Positions 19,396 to 28,112 are shown, counted from the first letter of the stretch. The stretch: 64,000 bases of DNA from Alphaproteobacteria bacterium (GCA_014190355.1 BJGH01000001.1:177272-241271); one strand, 5' to 3'. Translations and numbers: made by a program. The notes: generated from the sequence alone by a model not told the origin.

Positions 19396-19841
19396 TTGTT
19401 TAACCTCAATAAATTGCGTTTAGATTTAGCTTGAGATTTAGCTTGATCCATATATTCGACGAACCGTTTTGGTTCCCATATTTCAAATGTTGAACCCTTT
19501 CCCACAAAAACTGCTAAATCTTTGATTTTAGCTTTTTTAAGTAAATTTTCTGGAAGAATTACTCGACCATCACCATCAATACTTAACTGAACTGAACCTC
19601 CCAAAACTGCAGTTGCAAATGCATCTCTTTCTTCAGAATAAGGATCCAAATTATCAATCGACTCAGAAATTTTTTTAATTCTTTCCAAATCACAACCCTC
19701 TACGCAATCATTAATAAATGACTCATAAACCACCATCGAGGCAAAATTATCACTAACCAATGACGCACGAAACTGGGAAGGTACAGAAACTCTGCCCTTA
19801 GCATCGACTTTATTGGTAAAGGTTGATAAGAATAATGCCAT
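19392..19841 (-). CDS. mraZ: Transcriptional regulator MraZ
   Basis: 149 aa. The N-terminus FLSTFTNKVDAKGRVSVPSQFR and the second SpoVT/AbrB-like half (DGDGRVILPENL) are typical of MraZ. Confidence 0.9.
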   Translation of the reverse strand: MALFLSTFTNKVDAKGRVSVPSQFRASLVSDNFASMVVYESFINDCVEGCDLERIKKISESIDNLDPYSEERDAFATAVLGGSVQLSIDGDGRVILPENLLKKAKIKDLAVFVGKGSTFEIWEPKRFVEYMDQAKSQAKSKRNLLRLNK

Positions 19842-19848
19842 AATTTTA

Positions 19849-19904
19849 TGGAATTTTTTGGAATAATTTGGAATTAAATGGAATTTTTAGGTAAATTTAT
19901 GGGA
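19849..19904. promoter_or_regulatory. 10-bp-phased direct repeats (TGGAAT x4, then AGGTAA and TGGGAC) upstream of mraZ; candidate MraZ operator
   Basis: TGGAAT starts at 19849, 19859, 19869 and 19879. Degenerate copies start at 19889 and 19899. The period is exactly 10 bp and the array begins 8 nt from the mraZ start codon. Confidence 0.45.
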
Positions 19905-20173
19905 CAAAAACTTAATGTCAATAACTAAATTTATTTTGTTTAAAAAATTTACTTGAAAAAAATTAATCAAAAAAAAACTTCAAAATTTATTCTGGAAAAA
20001 AAATATCAGGATTGTAGAATTGGAAAAAATCATCTTTTTTTTTAAAAATTAATGATTAACTACTTTTAATAAAAAAATTTTTATTCTATTAATATTCACA
20101 ATTACTGTTAACATTTAATTTTTTAAAAAATTAAAAATTAAAAATTAAAAAATAATCAAAATAACTCCAGCAA

Positions 20174-21403
20174 ATGACTGACTCCTCAACCAACAATAAC
20201 AATAAAAAACCCAGATACAAACAACCCAACAACGCTGGAAAATTTGGTCAATTTGGCGGTTGTTATGTTGCTGAAACACTAATGCCCGCAGTTCTTGAAC
20301 TTCAAAAAGAATATCTCAAAGCTAAAAAGGATAAAAAATTTCAAGAAGAACTCTCTTACTACTTGCAACATTATGTTGGTCGACCCAGCCCTTTATATTT
20401 TGCCAAAAAACTTAGTGACCATCTCAATGGAGCAAAAATTTATCTAAAAAGAGACGAGCTTAACCACACCGGATCTCACAAAATCAATAATTGTATTGGA
20501 CAAATTCTTTTGGCACGAAGACTTAACAAAAAACGAATTATCGCCGAGACAGGAGCTGGTCAACATGGTGTTGCTACTGCTACAGTTTGCGCATTATTCT
20601 CAATGCCCTGCACTATTTACATGGGTGCTAAAGATATTGCTCGTCAAGCTCCGAATGTTTTTCGTATGAAACTACTTGGAGCAGAAGTAAAATCAGTGGA
20701 AACCGGTTCAAAAAGTCTAAAAAACGCTATCAATGAAGCGATGCGCGATTGGATCGCCAATGCCAATGACACTTATTATTTACTTGGAACAGTTACTGGT
20801 CCTCATCCTTACCCGATGATGGTTCGTGATTTTCATTCAATCATTGGCAAGGAAGCAAAAAAGCAAATTTTAAAATATGAAAATAAACTTCCCGATGCAT
20901 TAATTGCTTGTATTGGAGGTGGATCAAATGCTCTTGGCTTGTTCCATGATTTTATCGATGATCCGGTGCAAATGTACGGCGTTGAAGCTTCAGGCAAAGG
21001 TCTTAATACCGATCAACACTCCTCATCAATTGCCAAAGGCAGTGTTGCAGTTCTTCATGGCAATAAAACTTTTTTCCTGCAAAATGAAGATGGTCAAATT
21101 GACGATGCCCATTCAATTTCTGCAGGTCTTGATTATCCAGGAATTGGTCCAGAGCATGCTTATTTACATGAAATTAATCGCGTTAACTATGTTAGCGCTA
21201 CGGATGATGAAGCCTTGGAAGCATTCCAATTGCTTTGCAAAACTGAAGGAATTATTCCAGCTTTAGAATCAGCTCATGGCATTGCTTTTGCTTGCAAGCT
21301 AGCCAAAACAATGAATAAAGAGCAAATTATTATCACCAATCTCTCAGGGCGAGGAGATAAGGATATCAATACTGTTGCCCAACATTTAGGATTTAAATTG
21401 TGA
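20174..21403 (+). CDS. trpB: Tryptophan synthase beta chain
   Basis: 409 aa. Motifs [29 protein letters not shown] (PLP lysine) and GGGSNALG are present. Confidence 0.95.
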   Translation: MTDSSTNNNNKKPRYKQPNNAGKFGQFGGCYVAETLMPAVLELQKEYLKAKKDKKFQEELSYYLQHYVGRPSPLYFAKKLSDHLNGAKIYLKRDELNHTGSHKINNCIGQILLARRLNKKRIIAETGAGQHGVATATVCALFSMPCTIYMGAKDIARQAPNVFRMKLLGAEVKSVETGSKSLKNAINEAMRDWIANANDTYYLLGTVTGPHPYPMMVRDFHSIIGKEAKKQILKYENKLPDALIACIGGGSNALGLFHDFIDDPVQMYGVEASGKGLNTDQHSSSIAKGSVAVLHGNKTFFLQNEDGQIDDAHSISAGLDYPGIGPEHAYLHEINRVNYVSATDDEALEAFQLLCKTEGIIPALESAHGIAFACKLAKTMNKEQIIITNLSGRGDKDINTVAQHLGFKL

Positions 21404-22203
21404 AAAGAATTAAAAATAAATTTAACGAATTAAAAAAACATAATCACTGCGGTTTTATCGCTTATCTTTGCGCTGGAGATCCAGACTTTGCAACCTCATT
21501 AACAGTATTAAATAATTTAGCTAATAATGGTGTTGATTTAATTGAAATTGGCGTTCCCTTTCTTGATCCATCTGGCGATGGACCAATTATTGAAAACGCT
21601 TCCAAGAGGTCAATTGCCCGTGGCATGAATTTAAAAAAGGTTTTAGAACTGAGCACAGAATTTCGTAAAACCAATCACCATACTCCTTTAATTATGATGA
21701 CCTATTTTAACCCGTTGTTGAAATATGGATTAGAAAATATTTTTCAAGATGTTGAACAAGCAGGTTTTGATGGAATTTTAATTGTTGATTTACCATTTGA
21801 AGAAGAGCAAGAAGTTGTCAGTAAAATTAAAAAAACTAATCTTGATTTTATTCGCTTAATTGCCCCAAGTACGCCATTATCAAGAATGAAAAAAATTATT
21901 AAAAATGCCAGTGGCTTTTTATATTTGATTTCAATGCTGGGAATCACTGGCACCAAGCTAGCTCAAAGTCAGGATAACATTGAAAATTTAAAAAATTTAC
22001 GATCATGTTCTAAACTTCCAATTGCTATTGGCTTTGGTATTCAAAATCCCAATCAAGCTCAAGAGTTTTCACAATTGGGATGCGATGCAGTTGTGGTTGG
22101 ATCAGCAATTGTCAAAATTATGAATCAAGAAATATCTAATGACCAAATCATCTTAGAGACTTTAAAAATTGTTAAAGATTTCGCTGGAAAAATTAAATCT
22201 TAA
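21400..22203 (+). CDS. trpA: Tryptophan synthase alpha chain
   Basis: 267 aa. The GTG start overlaps the trpB stop. Motifs [22 protein letters not shown] and GFGI are present. Confidence 0.9.
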   Translation: MKRIKNKFNELKKHNHCGFIAYLCAGDPDFATSLTVLNNLANNGVDLIEIGVPFLDPSGDGPIIENASKRSIARGMNLKKVLELSTEFRKTNHHTPLIMMTYFNPLLKYGLENIFQDVEQAGFDGILIVDLPFEEEQEVVSKIKKTNLDFIRLIAPSTPLSRMKKIIKNASGFLYLISMLGITGTKLAQSQDNIENLKNLRSCSKLPIAIGFGIQNPNQAQEFSQLGCDAVVVGSAIVKIMNQEISNDQIILETLKIVKDFAGKIKS

Positions 22204-22290
22204 CTTCTAAATTACCAAAAAAAACTCACCAAAAATTACTAAAATTAAAAAAAATAATTTTTAACAATTTCAATTATTTATTAATAATAA

Positions 22291-23490
22291 ATGTTCAATA
22301 ACATTAAGATCTATACCACTAACTGTGGTTTAAAATATAAAAACCGCGATGATTTACTTGTCATTCACTTTCCGAAGGGAGCGAATGTTGCCGGGGTTTT
22401 TACTAAATCCTCAATGCCTGCTTCGCCAATTAAATGGTGTAAAAAAATTATTGAAAAACATCATGCCAAAGCATTAATTGTTAACTCGGGAAATGCTAAT
22501 GCCTTTACTGGTAAAATTGGTGATGAAGCAGTTATAAAAACAGTCAACGAAGTTGCTAAAGAGTTTGGTTGTCATCAAGATGAAGTTTATGTTTCTTCTA
22601 CGGGAGTGATTGGTGAAACTTTAAAAGTTGATTTAATTTGTCAGGCAATTAAGCCAATGATTGAATCACAAATCAACCATCAAGAAAATCAGGAAGAGTT
22701 ATGGGATAAAGCTGCTCAAGCCATTATGACTACTGATACTACTAAAAAAATTGTTCGTCGCTCTTGTCAAATTGGACATAAAACAGTCCATCTGGTTGGT
22801 TTTGCTAAAGGTTCAGGAATGATTTCTCCGGATATGGCAACCATGCTTAGCTATATTTTTACCGATGCTAAAATCAGCGGTAACACTTTGCAAAAAATTC
22901 TTGAAGATGCTGTTGAAAAAAGCTTTAATTCAATTACTGTTGACTCAGATCAATCAACCAATGATACGGTTTTATTATTTTGTGCAAATGCCATTGGCGA
23001 TCACGAAATATGCGATTCCAATAGCGAAGAAATAAAACATTTTATCTCAACTCTTAACGAGTTATGTTTAGAGCTTGCCAAAAAAATTGTCATCGATGGC
23101 GAAGGTGCAAAAAAAATTATCGAAATATCGGTTGAACAAGCTAGCACCAAAATTCAAGCTAAGCAAGTTGCGATGGCGATTGCCAATTCTCCGCTAGTTA
23201 AAACTGCGATTGCCGGTTGCGATCCAAACTGGGGAAGAATTGTTATGGCGGTTGGTAAATCATGTGAAGAAGCTGATCCAGAATCATTACTGATTAAAAT
23301 TGGCGATCATCCTCTTACCAGTAAAGGTGCTAAACATCCCAATTATGATGAAAAAATAGTTCACGAATATTTAAAAAATTCTGAAGTTAAAATTTCTGTA
23401 AATTTAGCAATTGGTTCTAAAAGTGCTACGGTATGGACTTGTGACCTTAACGAAGAATATATTAAAATTAACAAAGATTATCGAACTTAA
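22291..23490 (+). CDS. argJ: Bifunctional glutamate N-acetyltransferase / amino-acid acetyltransferase ArgJ
   Basis: 399 aa. It carries the autoprocessing-site context GMISPDMATMLSYIFTDA, plus TTDT, DGEGA and ANSPLVKTA..G.DPNWGR. Confidence 0.9.
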   Translation: MFNNIKIYTTNCGLKYKNRDDLLVIHFPKGANVAGVFTKSSMPASPIKWCKKIIEKHHAKALIVNSGNANAFTGKIGDEAVIKTVNEVAKEFGCHQDEVYVSSTGVIGETLKVDLICQAIKPMIESQINHQENQEELWDKAAQAIMTTDTTKKIVRRSCQIGHKTVHLVGFAKGSGMISPDMATMLSYIFTDAKISGNTLQKILEDAVEKSFNSITVDSDQSTNDTVLLFCANAIGDHEICDSNSEEIKHFISTLNELCLELAKKIVIDGEGAKKIIEISVEQASTKIQAKQVAMAIANSPLVKTAIAGCDPNWGRIVMAVGKSCEEADPESLLIKIGDHPLTSKGAKHPNYDEKIVHEYLKNSEVKISVNLAIGSKSATVWTCDLNEEYIKINKDYRT

Positions 23491-23506
23491 AAATTTTAAA
23501 CTTATT

Positions 23507-23884
23507 ATGAGCGAAATGTCAGCCGAAAAAAAATTTGAAAATTCTCGTAAAAAGCTTGCCAATACTTTAAAAAATCTTGAAGAAATTATCAAAGATAAAA
23601 TTCAGCAAAGTGCTGTTGAAGATAAAATGCTTAATGAATCTTTTTCATCAAAACCAATAGCAAACATTGATCAAAAACTCACCATTGAAAATCAAAACAA
23701 AGAAATTACTCGCCTCACTCAAATGTTGAATGATTTTGAAAAGGAAGCTGAATTTTTACGGGAAAAAAATAAAATATTAACTCAAAAAATTCTTCATTTT
23801 CGTAACCAAGCCAGTAATATTGTTGATGCGGTGCAAAATGATATTATCAAAATTGAAGACATCTTAAAAAATCATGATAGTTGA
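23507..23884 (+). CDS. Coiled-coil protein upstream of zapA (ZauP/DUF4164-like by position)
   Basis: I prefer the ATG at 23507 (MSEMSAEKK...) over the track start at 23411, which lies inside argJ. The protein is ~125 aa and predicted all coiled coil. Its stop overlaps the zapA start. The family assignment is by position only. Confidence 0.45.
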   Translation: MSEMSAEKKFENSRKKLANTLKNLEEIIKDKIQQSAVEDKMLNESFSSKPIANIDQKLTIENQNKEITRLTQMLNDFEKEAEFLREKNKILTQKILHFRNQASNIVDAVQNDIIKIEDILKNHDS

Positions 23885-24242
23885 AATTAAAATCCTAAAA
23901 TCAAATTATAAAATTGACTGTAAAGAAAGTGATCAAAACAAAATCCTTAACTGTGCAGATAAATTAAATAATCGCATCAACAAATTAAACTCTAGTCTTG
24001 GCAATATCGATGAAAAAACTTTATTGGTTATCACTTGTTTAATGATGGAAGAGGAATTAAAAAATCTTAAAACTAAAATTTCTAAAAATTCCCAAACCAC
24101 TAACTCTTCTCAAATAAATTCACACTTAAACACTGAGAACAAAAAATATTCAGAAGATGAAGTGCTAGAAGCAATAAGCGAAAGCACCGATAACATCAAT
24201 GATTATCTTACTAAAATTATCAACAAAATTCAAGAATATTAG
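23874..24242 (+). CDS. zapA: Cell division protein ZapA
   Basis: 122 aa. The N-terminus VEIKILKSNYKIDCKESDQNKILNCADKLNNRI follows the ZapA pattern. It sits directly upstream of 5-formyl-THF cyclo-ligase, as in many proteobacteria. Confidence 0.7.
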   Translation: MIVEIKILKSNYKIDCKESDQNKILNCADKLNNRINKLNSSLGNIDEKTLLVITCLMMEEELKNLKTKISKNSQTTNSSQINSHLNTENKKYSEDEVLEAISESTDNINDYLTKIINKIQEY

Positions 24243-24273
24243 ATTTAAGTTTTTTTATTAAATATTATTTACA

Positions 24274-24870
24274 ATGAATATTTCTCAACAAAAAAAACTA
24301 ATTCGTAATAATTATCAACAATTACGAATGCAACTTAATTCACTAGAAGTTGATAATCGATCAAATCAAATTTGTCAAAATGTTATCACTAATATTTTAA
24401 AAAAAATTCCCGAGCTATCAAACCTTAAAATTGCCTGCTATATCAGCGCTTTCAATGAAGTTAAATGCGATAAAATTATTAATTTTTTATTTGAAAATAA
24501 TATTATCATCGCTCTTCCCAAAATTAATAACAACTCCAATATCCTTGATTTTATTGAATATAACCCAACAGTAAAATTAATTGCTAACCAAAAATATCAT
24601 AAAATTTTTGAACCATCTTCACAGCATAAAATTTTACCAGATATAATCATCACCCCTTTAGTTGCATTTGATAAAAATTGTCGAAGACTGGGAATGGGAG
24701 CGGGATATTATGACAAAACAATAGCTCACCTACAACGCGATAATTCCAAAATTAAAACAATTGGTTTAGGATACGACTTTCAAGAGTTCAAACCATTATT
24801 AATTGTTGAAAAACATGACTCAAGCCTTGATTTCATTGCCAGCGAAAATACAATTTTTTTACCAAACTAA
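24274..24870 (+). CDS. 5-formyltetrahydrofolate cyclo-ligase
   Basis: 198 aa. It has the signature RLGMGAGYYDK and the C-terminal D...D pattern of the MTHFS/YgfA family. Confidence 0.85.
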   Translation: MNISQQKKLIRNNYQQLRMQLNSLEVDNRSNQICQNVITNILKKIPELSNLKIACYISAFNEVKCDKIINFLFENNIIIALPKINNNSNILDFIEYNPTVKLIANQKYHKIFEPSSQHKILPDIIITPLVAFDKNCRRLGMGAGYYDKTIAHLQRDNSKIKTIGLGYDFQEFKPLLIVEKHDSSLDFIASENTIFLPN

Positions 24871-25050
24871 GATATCATTGACTTAATAAACAAAAAAAAT
24901 TCACTTTTTTTAAAATAAACAGTTGCTTTAAATTTTTTAAGGCTTTAAGTTATTTGTTAGGAACTAGCAAGTACCTAGTTGAAAATCAAAGTAGACGAAG
25001 TATAAGTTAGTTTTTAATTTTTTTTAATATTAACATAAAAGAGATCATTT

Positions 25051-25323
25051 ATGCATAAAACAGACTTAATTAAAGAAATTGCTAATCAAACTGGACTTTC
25101 ACAAAAAGACGCTGGTGCTGCTTTAGAAGCCTTTTTGAAAACAGTTACTAAAGCTTTGAAAAAAGGCGATGCCGTAACTTTAATTGGTTTTGGAACTTAT
25201 AAAGTAGTTAAAACTGCTCCAAGAAAAGGACGCAATCCTCAAACTGGAAAAGAAATCCAAATCAAAGCTTCAAAAAGAGTTAAATTCTCTGCAGGTAAAG
25301 CATTGAAAGATTCTGTAAAATAG
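25051..25323 (+). CDS. hup: DNA-binding protein HU
   Basis: 90 aa. The sequence MHKTDLIKEIA...GFGTYKVVKTAPRKGRNPQTGKEIQIKASKRVKFSAGKALKD is a canonical HU/IHF fold sequence. Confidence 0.9.
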   Translation: MHKTDLIKEIANQTGLSQKDAGAALEAFLKTVTKALKKGDAVTLIGFGTYKVVKTAPRKGRNPQTGKEIQIKASKRVKFSAGKALKDSVK

Positions 25324-25336
25324 TTTCTTTAATAAA

Positions 25337-25370
25337 AACCCTTACGTTAAATTTAGCGTAGGGGTTTTTT
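25337..25370 (+). terminator. Rho-independent terminator of hup
   Basis: AACCCTTACG / CGTAGGGGTT forms a ~10-bp stem with one G-U pair and a 10-nt loop. It is followed by T6 and starts 14 nt after the hup stop. Confidence 0.75.
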
Positions 25371-25383
25371 ATTGCCTAAAGAT

Positions 25384-25576
25384 ATTATAAATTTTTTTAG
25401 GTCGTGCTTTCGGGCAAGTTAAAAACTTGCCCTTACGCAACGACGGGAGTATAGAATAGATTTTGGAGATTGGGGTGAGATTATAAATTTTTTTTGGTCG
25501 TGCTTTCGGGCAAGTTAAAAACTTGCCCTTACGCAACGACTGTTGGCTAGAATGAGGTTTGGAGATTGGGGTGAGA
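25384..25576. repeat. Tandem duplication (2 x 96 bp) of a hairpin-containing element
   Basis: Copy 1 is 25384-25479 and copy 2 is 25480-25575. The first 61 nt differ at one position and the last 18 nt (TTTGGAGATTGGGGTGAG) are identical. A 17-nt patch between them shares only 8 identities. Each copy holds a GC-rich hairpin: GTCGTGC-TTTC-GGGCAAGTT-AAA-AACTTGCCC-TTAC-GCAACGAC. Confidence 0.8.
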
Positions 25577-25663
25577 AAATATTTTTTTTAAATTTAAGCT
25601 TTGCAAAATTAACTATTGAAATTCAAAAACAATTCAATCATAATTATTCTAATTTTAGAAATT

Positions 25664-25739
25664 GGGTGATTAGCTCAGTTGGTAGAGCATCTCCCTTACA
25701 AGGAGAGGGTCGGCAGTTCGAGCCTGTCATCACCCACCA
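25664..25739 (+). tRNA. tRNA-Val (anticodon UAC), CCA encoded
   Basis: GGGTGATTAGCTCAGTTGGTAGAGCATCTCCCTTACAAGGAGAGGGTCGGCAGTTCGAGCCTGTCATCACCCACCA folds as a cloverleaf. The acceptor stem is GGGTGAT/ATCACCC and the anticodon loop is CTTACAA. Confidence 0.9.
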
Positions 25740-25890
25740 TTTTTTATAAAAATTTACGAAGTTTTAAAAATTCTTAAATAAAATTTTAAATTTTATTTTA
25801 TATTAGTTGTTAAATAATATTTTTAACCTAATTTTTATAAACCTAATAATAAAAATTTTGTTTTTTTAATTCATAATTTTTCTTCCCTTT

Positions 25891-25967
25891 GGGGGTGTAG
25901 CTCAGTTGGTTAGAGCGCTTGCCTGTCACGCAAGAGGCCGCGGGTTCAAGTCCCGTCACTCCCGCCA
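25891..25967 (+). tRNA. tRNA-Asp (anticodon GUC), CCA encoded
   Basis: GGGGGTGTAGCTCAGTTGGTTAGAGCGCTTGCCTGTCACGCAAGAGGCCGCGGGTTCAAGTCCCGTCACTCCCGCCA folds as a cloverleaf with anticodon loop CTGTCAC. Confidence 0.9.
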
Positions 25968-25973
25968 CTTACT
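25953..25973 (+). repeat. Direct repeat copy 1 (last 15 nt of tRNA-Asp plus 6 nt of downstream flank)
   Basis: CCGTCACTCCCGCCACTTACT is identical to 27621-27641. Weaker similarity continues into the A-rich flank. Confidence 0.85.
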
Positions 25974-26214
25974 AAAAAAAACTACTACAGGATCACTTCT
26001 GATCGCAATAGCTTTTGGAAAATATAAAGAAGATGGCGCGCCTTATACTGGCACAAAAGACGGAGGAAGAGTTTATATAGCCTACTTAAACCATCCGCTA
26101 CTATTCAGAGTAGGATTAGCTTTATTAGTTTTTGGATTTGGTTTTCAATTATTGGAAAAGTTAGAAATATTAAAACTAATAAATTCCTTAGCATACTAAC
26201 ATTAAGATTAGAAT

Positions 26215-27483
26215 ATGGACTTCAAATTTTTATCAAAATTACTCCAAAACTATTTGGTAAGATTGGGTAACACATCCAAAGAAAATAAACTTGCGTATCT
26301 ATTATTAATAATAGTTTTTTTTGTATGCTATAACACAGGATTGGTAGCGCTTTTTAGTGCCTTAATTGCAATTTATGCAATATTTTTTAATACCATGAGC
26401 AATGAATACAACGCTAGAAGTGCACTTATTAGCGATTTAACCAATAAAGCAACTGACCATTTAAAAGCATTTAAGGATGGTACTTTGGCATTGGAAGCAA
26501 TGCAAATGCAACTTTTACCTAAACCTCATTACTTTCAAATTTATGATGTTTTAACCTATAAACCTAAAAAAACTGAATATCGAGAAAAAGAACTAATAAT
26601 TAAGATTGATAACAGAACTGGTATAGTCTCAAAATTTAAAATTTTCATAGCCAATAAAGGTAAATGCATAGAAAATTACACAGAAATAGATGAAAAAGAA
26701 TATTTAGGAAAAGGTCAATTTGGAGAACCAGTAATACAATGGATCAAAATTTATGAAATGCTTGATATCCGAGCATACTCAGCAGAATTTATTAAAAAAT
26801 ACATTGTAGGAATGAAAAAATCAGGACTAAAAAAAGACGAAGTAGGAGTCAAAGCAAATCTACAAGGTATATGGCTTCATGGCGCAAAATTAGAAGAAGC
26901 AAACTTGGAGGAGGCAAACTTACAGGGAGTTAGTTTGCAAGGAGCGGATCTATCAGGAGCAAATTTATATAAAGCCAATTTGCAAGAATCATATTTACAG
27001 GGAGCAATTCTACAAGAGGCTAATTTACAAAAAACAAACTTAGAGAGAGCTAATTTACAAGAAGCTAATTTAATAGTAATGCAATTACAGGAAGCGGATT
27101 TATCAATGGCAAATTTAAGAAAAACAAATTTAATATTTTCTAATTTACAAGGAGCGGATTTAAATAAAACGGATTTCAGAGAAGCGAAATTTCGACAAAC
27201 AAATTTTAAAAAAGCTATAATTGGCCTTATTAATGAAAAAATAACACTTGAAGAAGTTTTATTAAATCCTGATTTGTTTGAAAAACACAAAAAAGACTTA
27301 CCTAGATTTTCTAGTCTTGTTCAATTAGAGGGAGCAATATTTCATGAAGATTGCGGCATAATTGATGGAAAAATAAAAAATGCATTAATTGAAGCAGAAA
27401 AATGGAAGCTGGAGCATGAAAAGAAAAATGGATTGAGTCCTGATTTTTGTGATTATCGCCTAACTTATCTCGACACAAAATAA
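26215..27483 (+). CDS. Membrane-anchored pentapeptide-repeat protein
   Basis: 422 aa with two N-terminal TM helices. From about aa 215 to 335 it has ~24 consecutive A(N/D)LxG/E-type pentapeptide units (ANLQGIWLHGAKLEEANLEEANLQGVSLQGADLSGANLYKANLQ...). Confidence 0.85.
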   Translation: MDFKFLSKLLQNYLVRLGNTSKENKLAYLLLIIVFFVCYNTGLVALFSALIAIYAIFFNTMSNEYNARSALISDLTNKATDHLKAFKDGTLALEAMQMQLLPKPHYFQIYDVLTYKPKKTEYREKELIIKIDNRTGIVSKFKIFIANKGKCIENYTEIDEKEYLGKGQFGEPVIQWIKIYEMLDIRAYSAEFIKKYIVGMKKSGLKKDEVGVKANLQGIWLHGAKLEEANLEEANLQGVSLQGADLSGANLYKANLQESYLQGAILQEANLQKTNLERANLQEANLIVMQLQEADLSMANLRKTNLIFSNLQGADLNKTDFREAKFRQTNFKKAIIGLINEKITLEEVLLNPDLFEKHKKDLPRFSSLVQLEGAIFHEDCGIIDGKIKNALIEAEKWKLEHEKKNGLSPDFCDYRLTYLDTK

Positions 27484-27620
27484 CGCATCTAGTTCTCAGG
27501 AAAGTATAAATATAAATTTATAGTCATAAGCAATCTTGGGGGTAAAAATGGGGGTAAATAGGTTTTTTATAAAACCATAAATCCTTTATTTACAAATCTC
27601 CAAAGCCTACAATATGACTG

Positions 27621-27641
27621 CCGTCACTCCCGCCACTTACT
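27621..27641 (+). repeat. Direct repeat copy 2 (att-like duplicate of the tRNA-Asp 3' end)
   Basis: CCGTCACTCCCGCCACTTACT is a 21/21 match to 25953-25973. No tRNA body lies upstream of it. Confidence 0.85.
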
Positions 27642-28112
27642 TTAAAAAAACCACTATATTTTTTCTCGTTTTTATTGTTAATAAACTAAAAAAATTTCAA
27701 AAATCCTTTTGCAAATTTTCCTTCCCCATATTTATAATATTCATCAGCAAAAAATTACTTAATTATCCTTGGCAACCTTGTTCGAGCTCTTAAATAATAT
27801 TGGCAATCAAGCATAAATTTAAGACTTAGTAAAATCATGACCAAGCTTGATTTATATGATTAAGATAGATAATCATAAGCAATTTGTGTTGATTGAAAAT
27901 ATATCAAACTTAAATCAAAGCATTTTGTAATTAAGAAAAAATATAGCATTAATCACAAAATAAATTATAACAAAATATAAAGAAAAAAAATGCCACTTCC
28001 AATCAACCAAAATCAGCAACCATATTCCAATTACATGGAAAACTATATAAAAAAACTAAAATACACCAAATATTTAATATTAAAAACACGCAAAACACTA
28101 ACAAACTAAACT

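Larger units (their letters stand above)
25968..27641. mobile_element. Putative remnant of a tRNA-Asp-integrated element (no integrase present)
   Basis: The segment is bracketed by the 21-bp direct repeat that includes the tRNA 3' end, the classic signature of site-specific integration. It now carries only the pentapeptide-repeat gene and a startless ORF fragment (25980-26199). Confidence 0.35.

Noticed and set aside
25384-25576. Conserved-variable-conserved layout of the 96-bp tandem repeat, considered as a CRISPR-like array
   Set aside because: There are only two units and no cas genes in the window. The variable patch is a diverged stretch of the same length with 8 of 17 identities, not an unrelated spacer. 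It is not a CRISPR array.
25543-25749. 68-aa ORF (MARMRFGDWGEK...) from the six-frame track
   Set aside because: It starts inside copy 2 of the 96-bp repeat and runs through the whole tRNA-Val(UAC) gene. The tRNA cloverleaf explains the sequence, so this is not a credible CDS.
25906-26199. 97-aa ORF beginning inside tRNA-Asp
   Set aside because: Its only Met lies within the tRNA. The part after the tRNA (25980-26199) has no start codon. At most it is a fragment of a gene destroyed by the insertion, so I do not call it as a CDS.
26877-27290. 137-aa antisense ORF opposite the pentapeptide-repeat region
   Set aside because: The repetitive DNA simply lacks stops in this frame. The sense strand encodes a clean pentapeptide-repeat protein with TM anchors.
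27990-28109. 39-aa ORF (MPLPINQNQQPYSNYMENYIKKLKYTKYLILKTRKTLTN) ending 3 nt before the RhuM-like start, a possible small partner or antitoxin
   Set aside because: It lies in A-rich low-complexity sequence with no ribosome-binding site or recognisable motif. It is too short to support from sequence alone. It would be worth revisiting only if conserved upstream of RhuM genes elsewhere.
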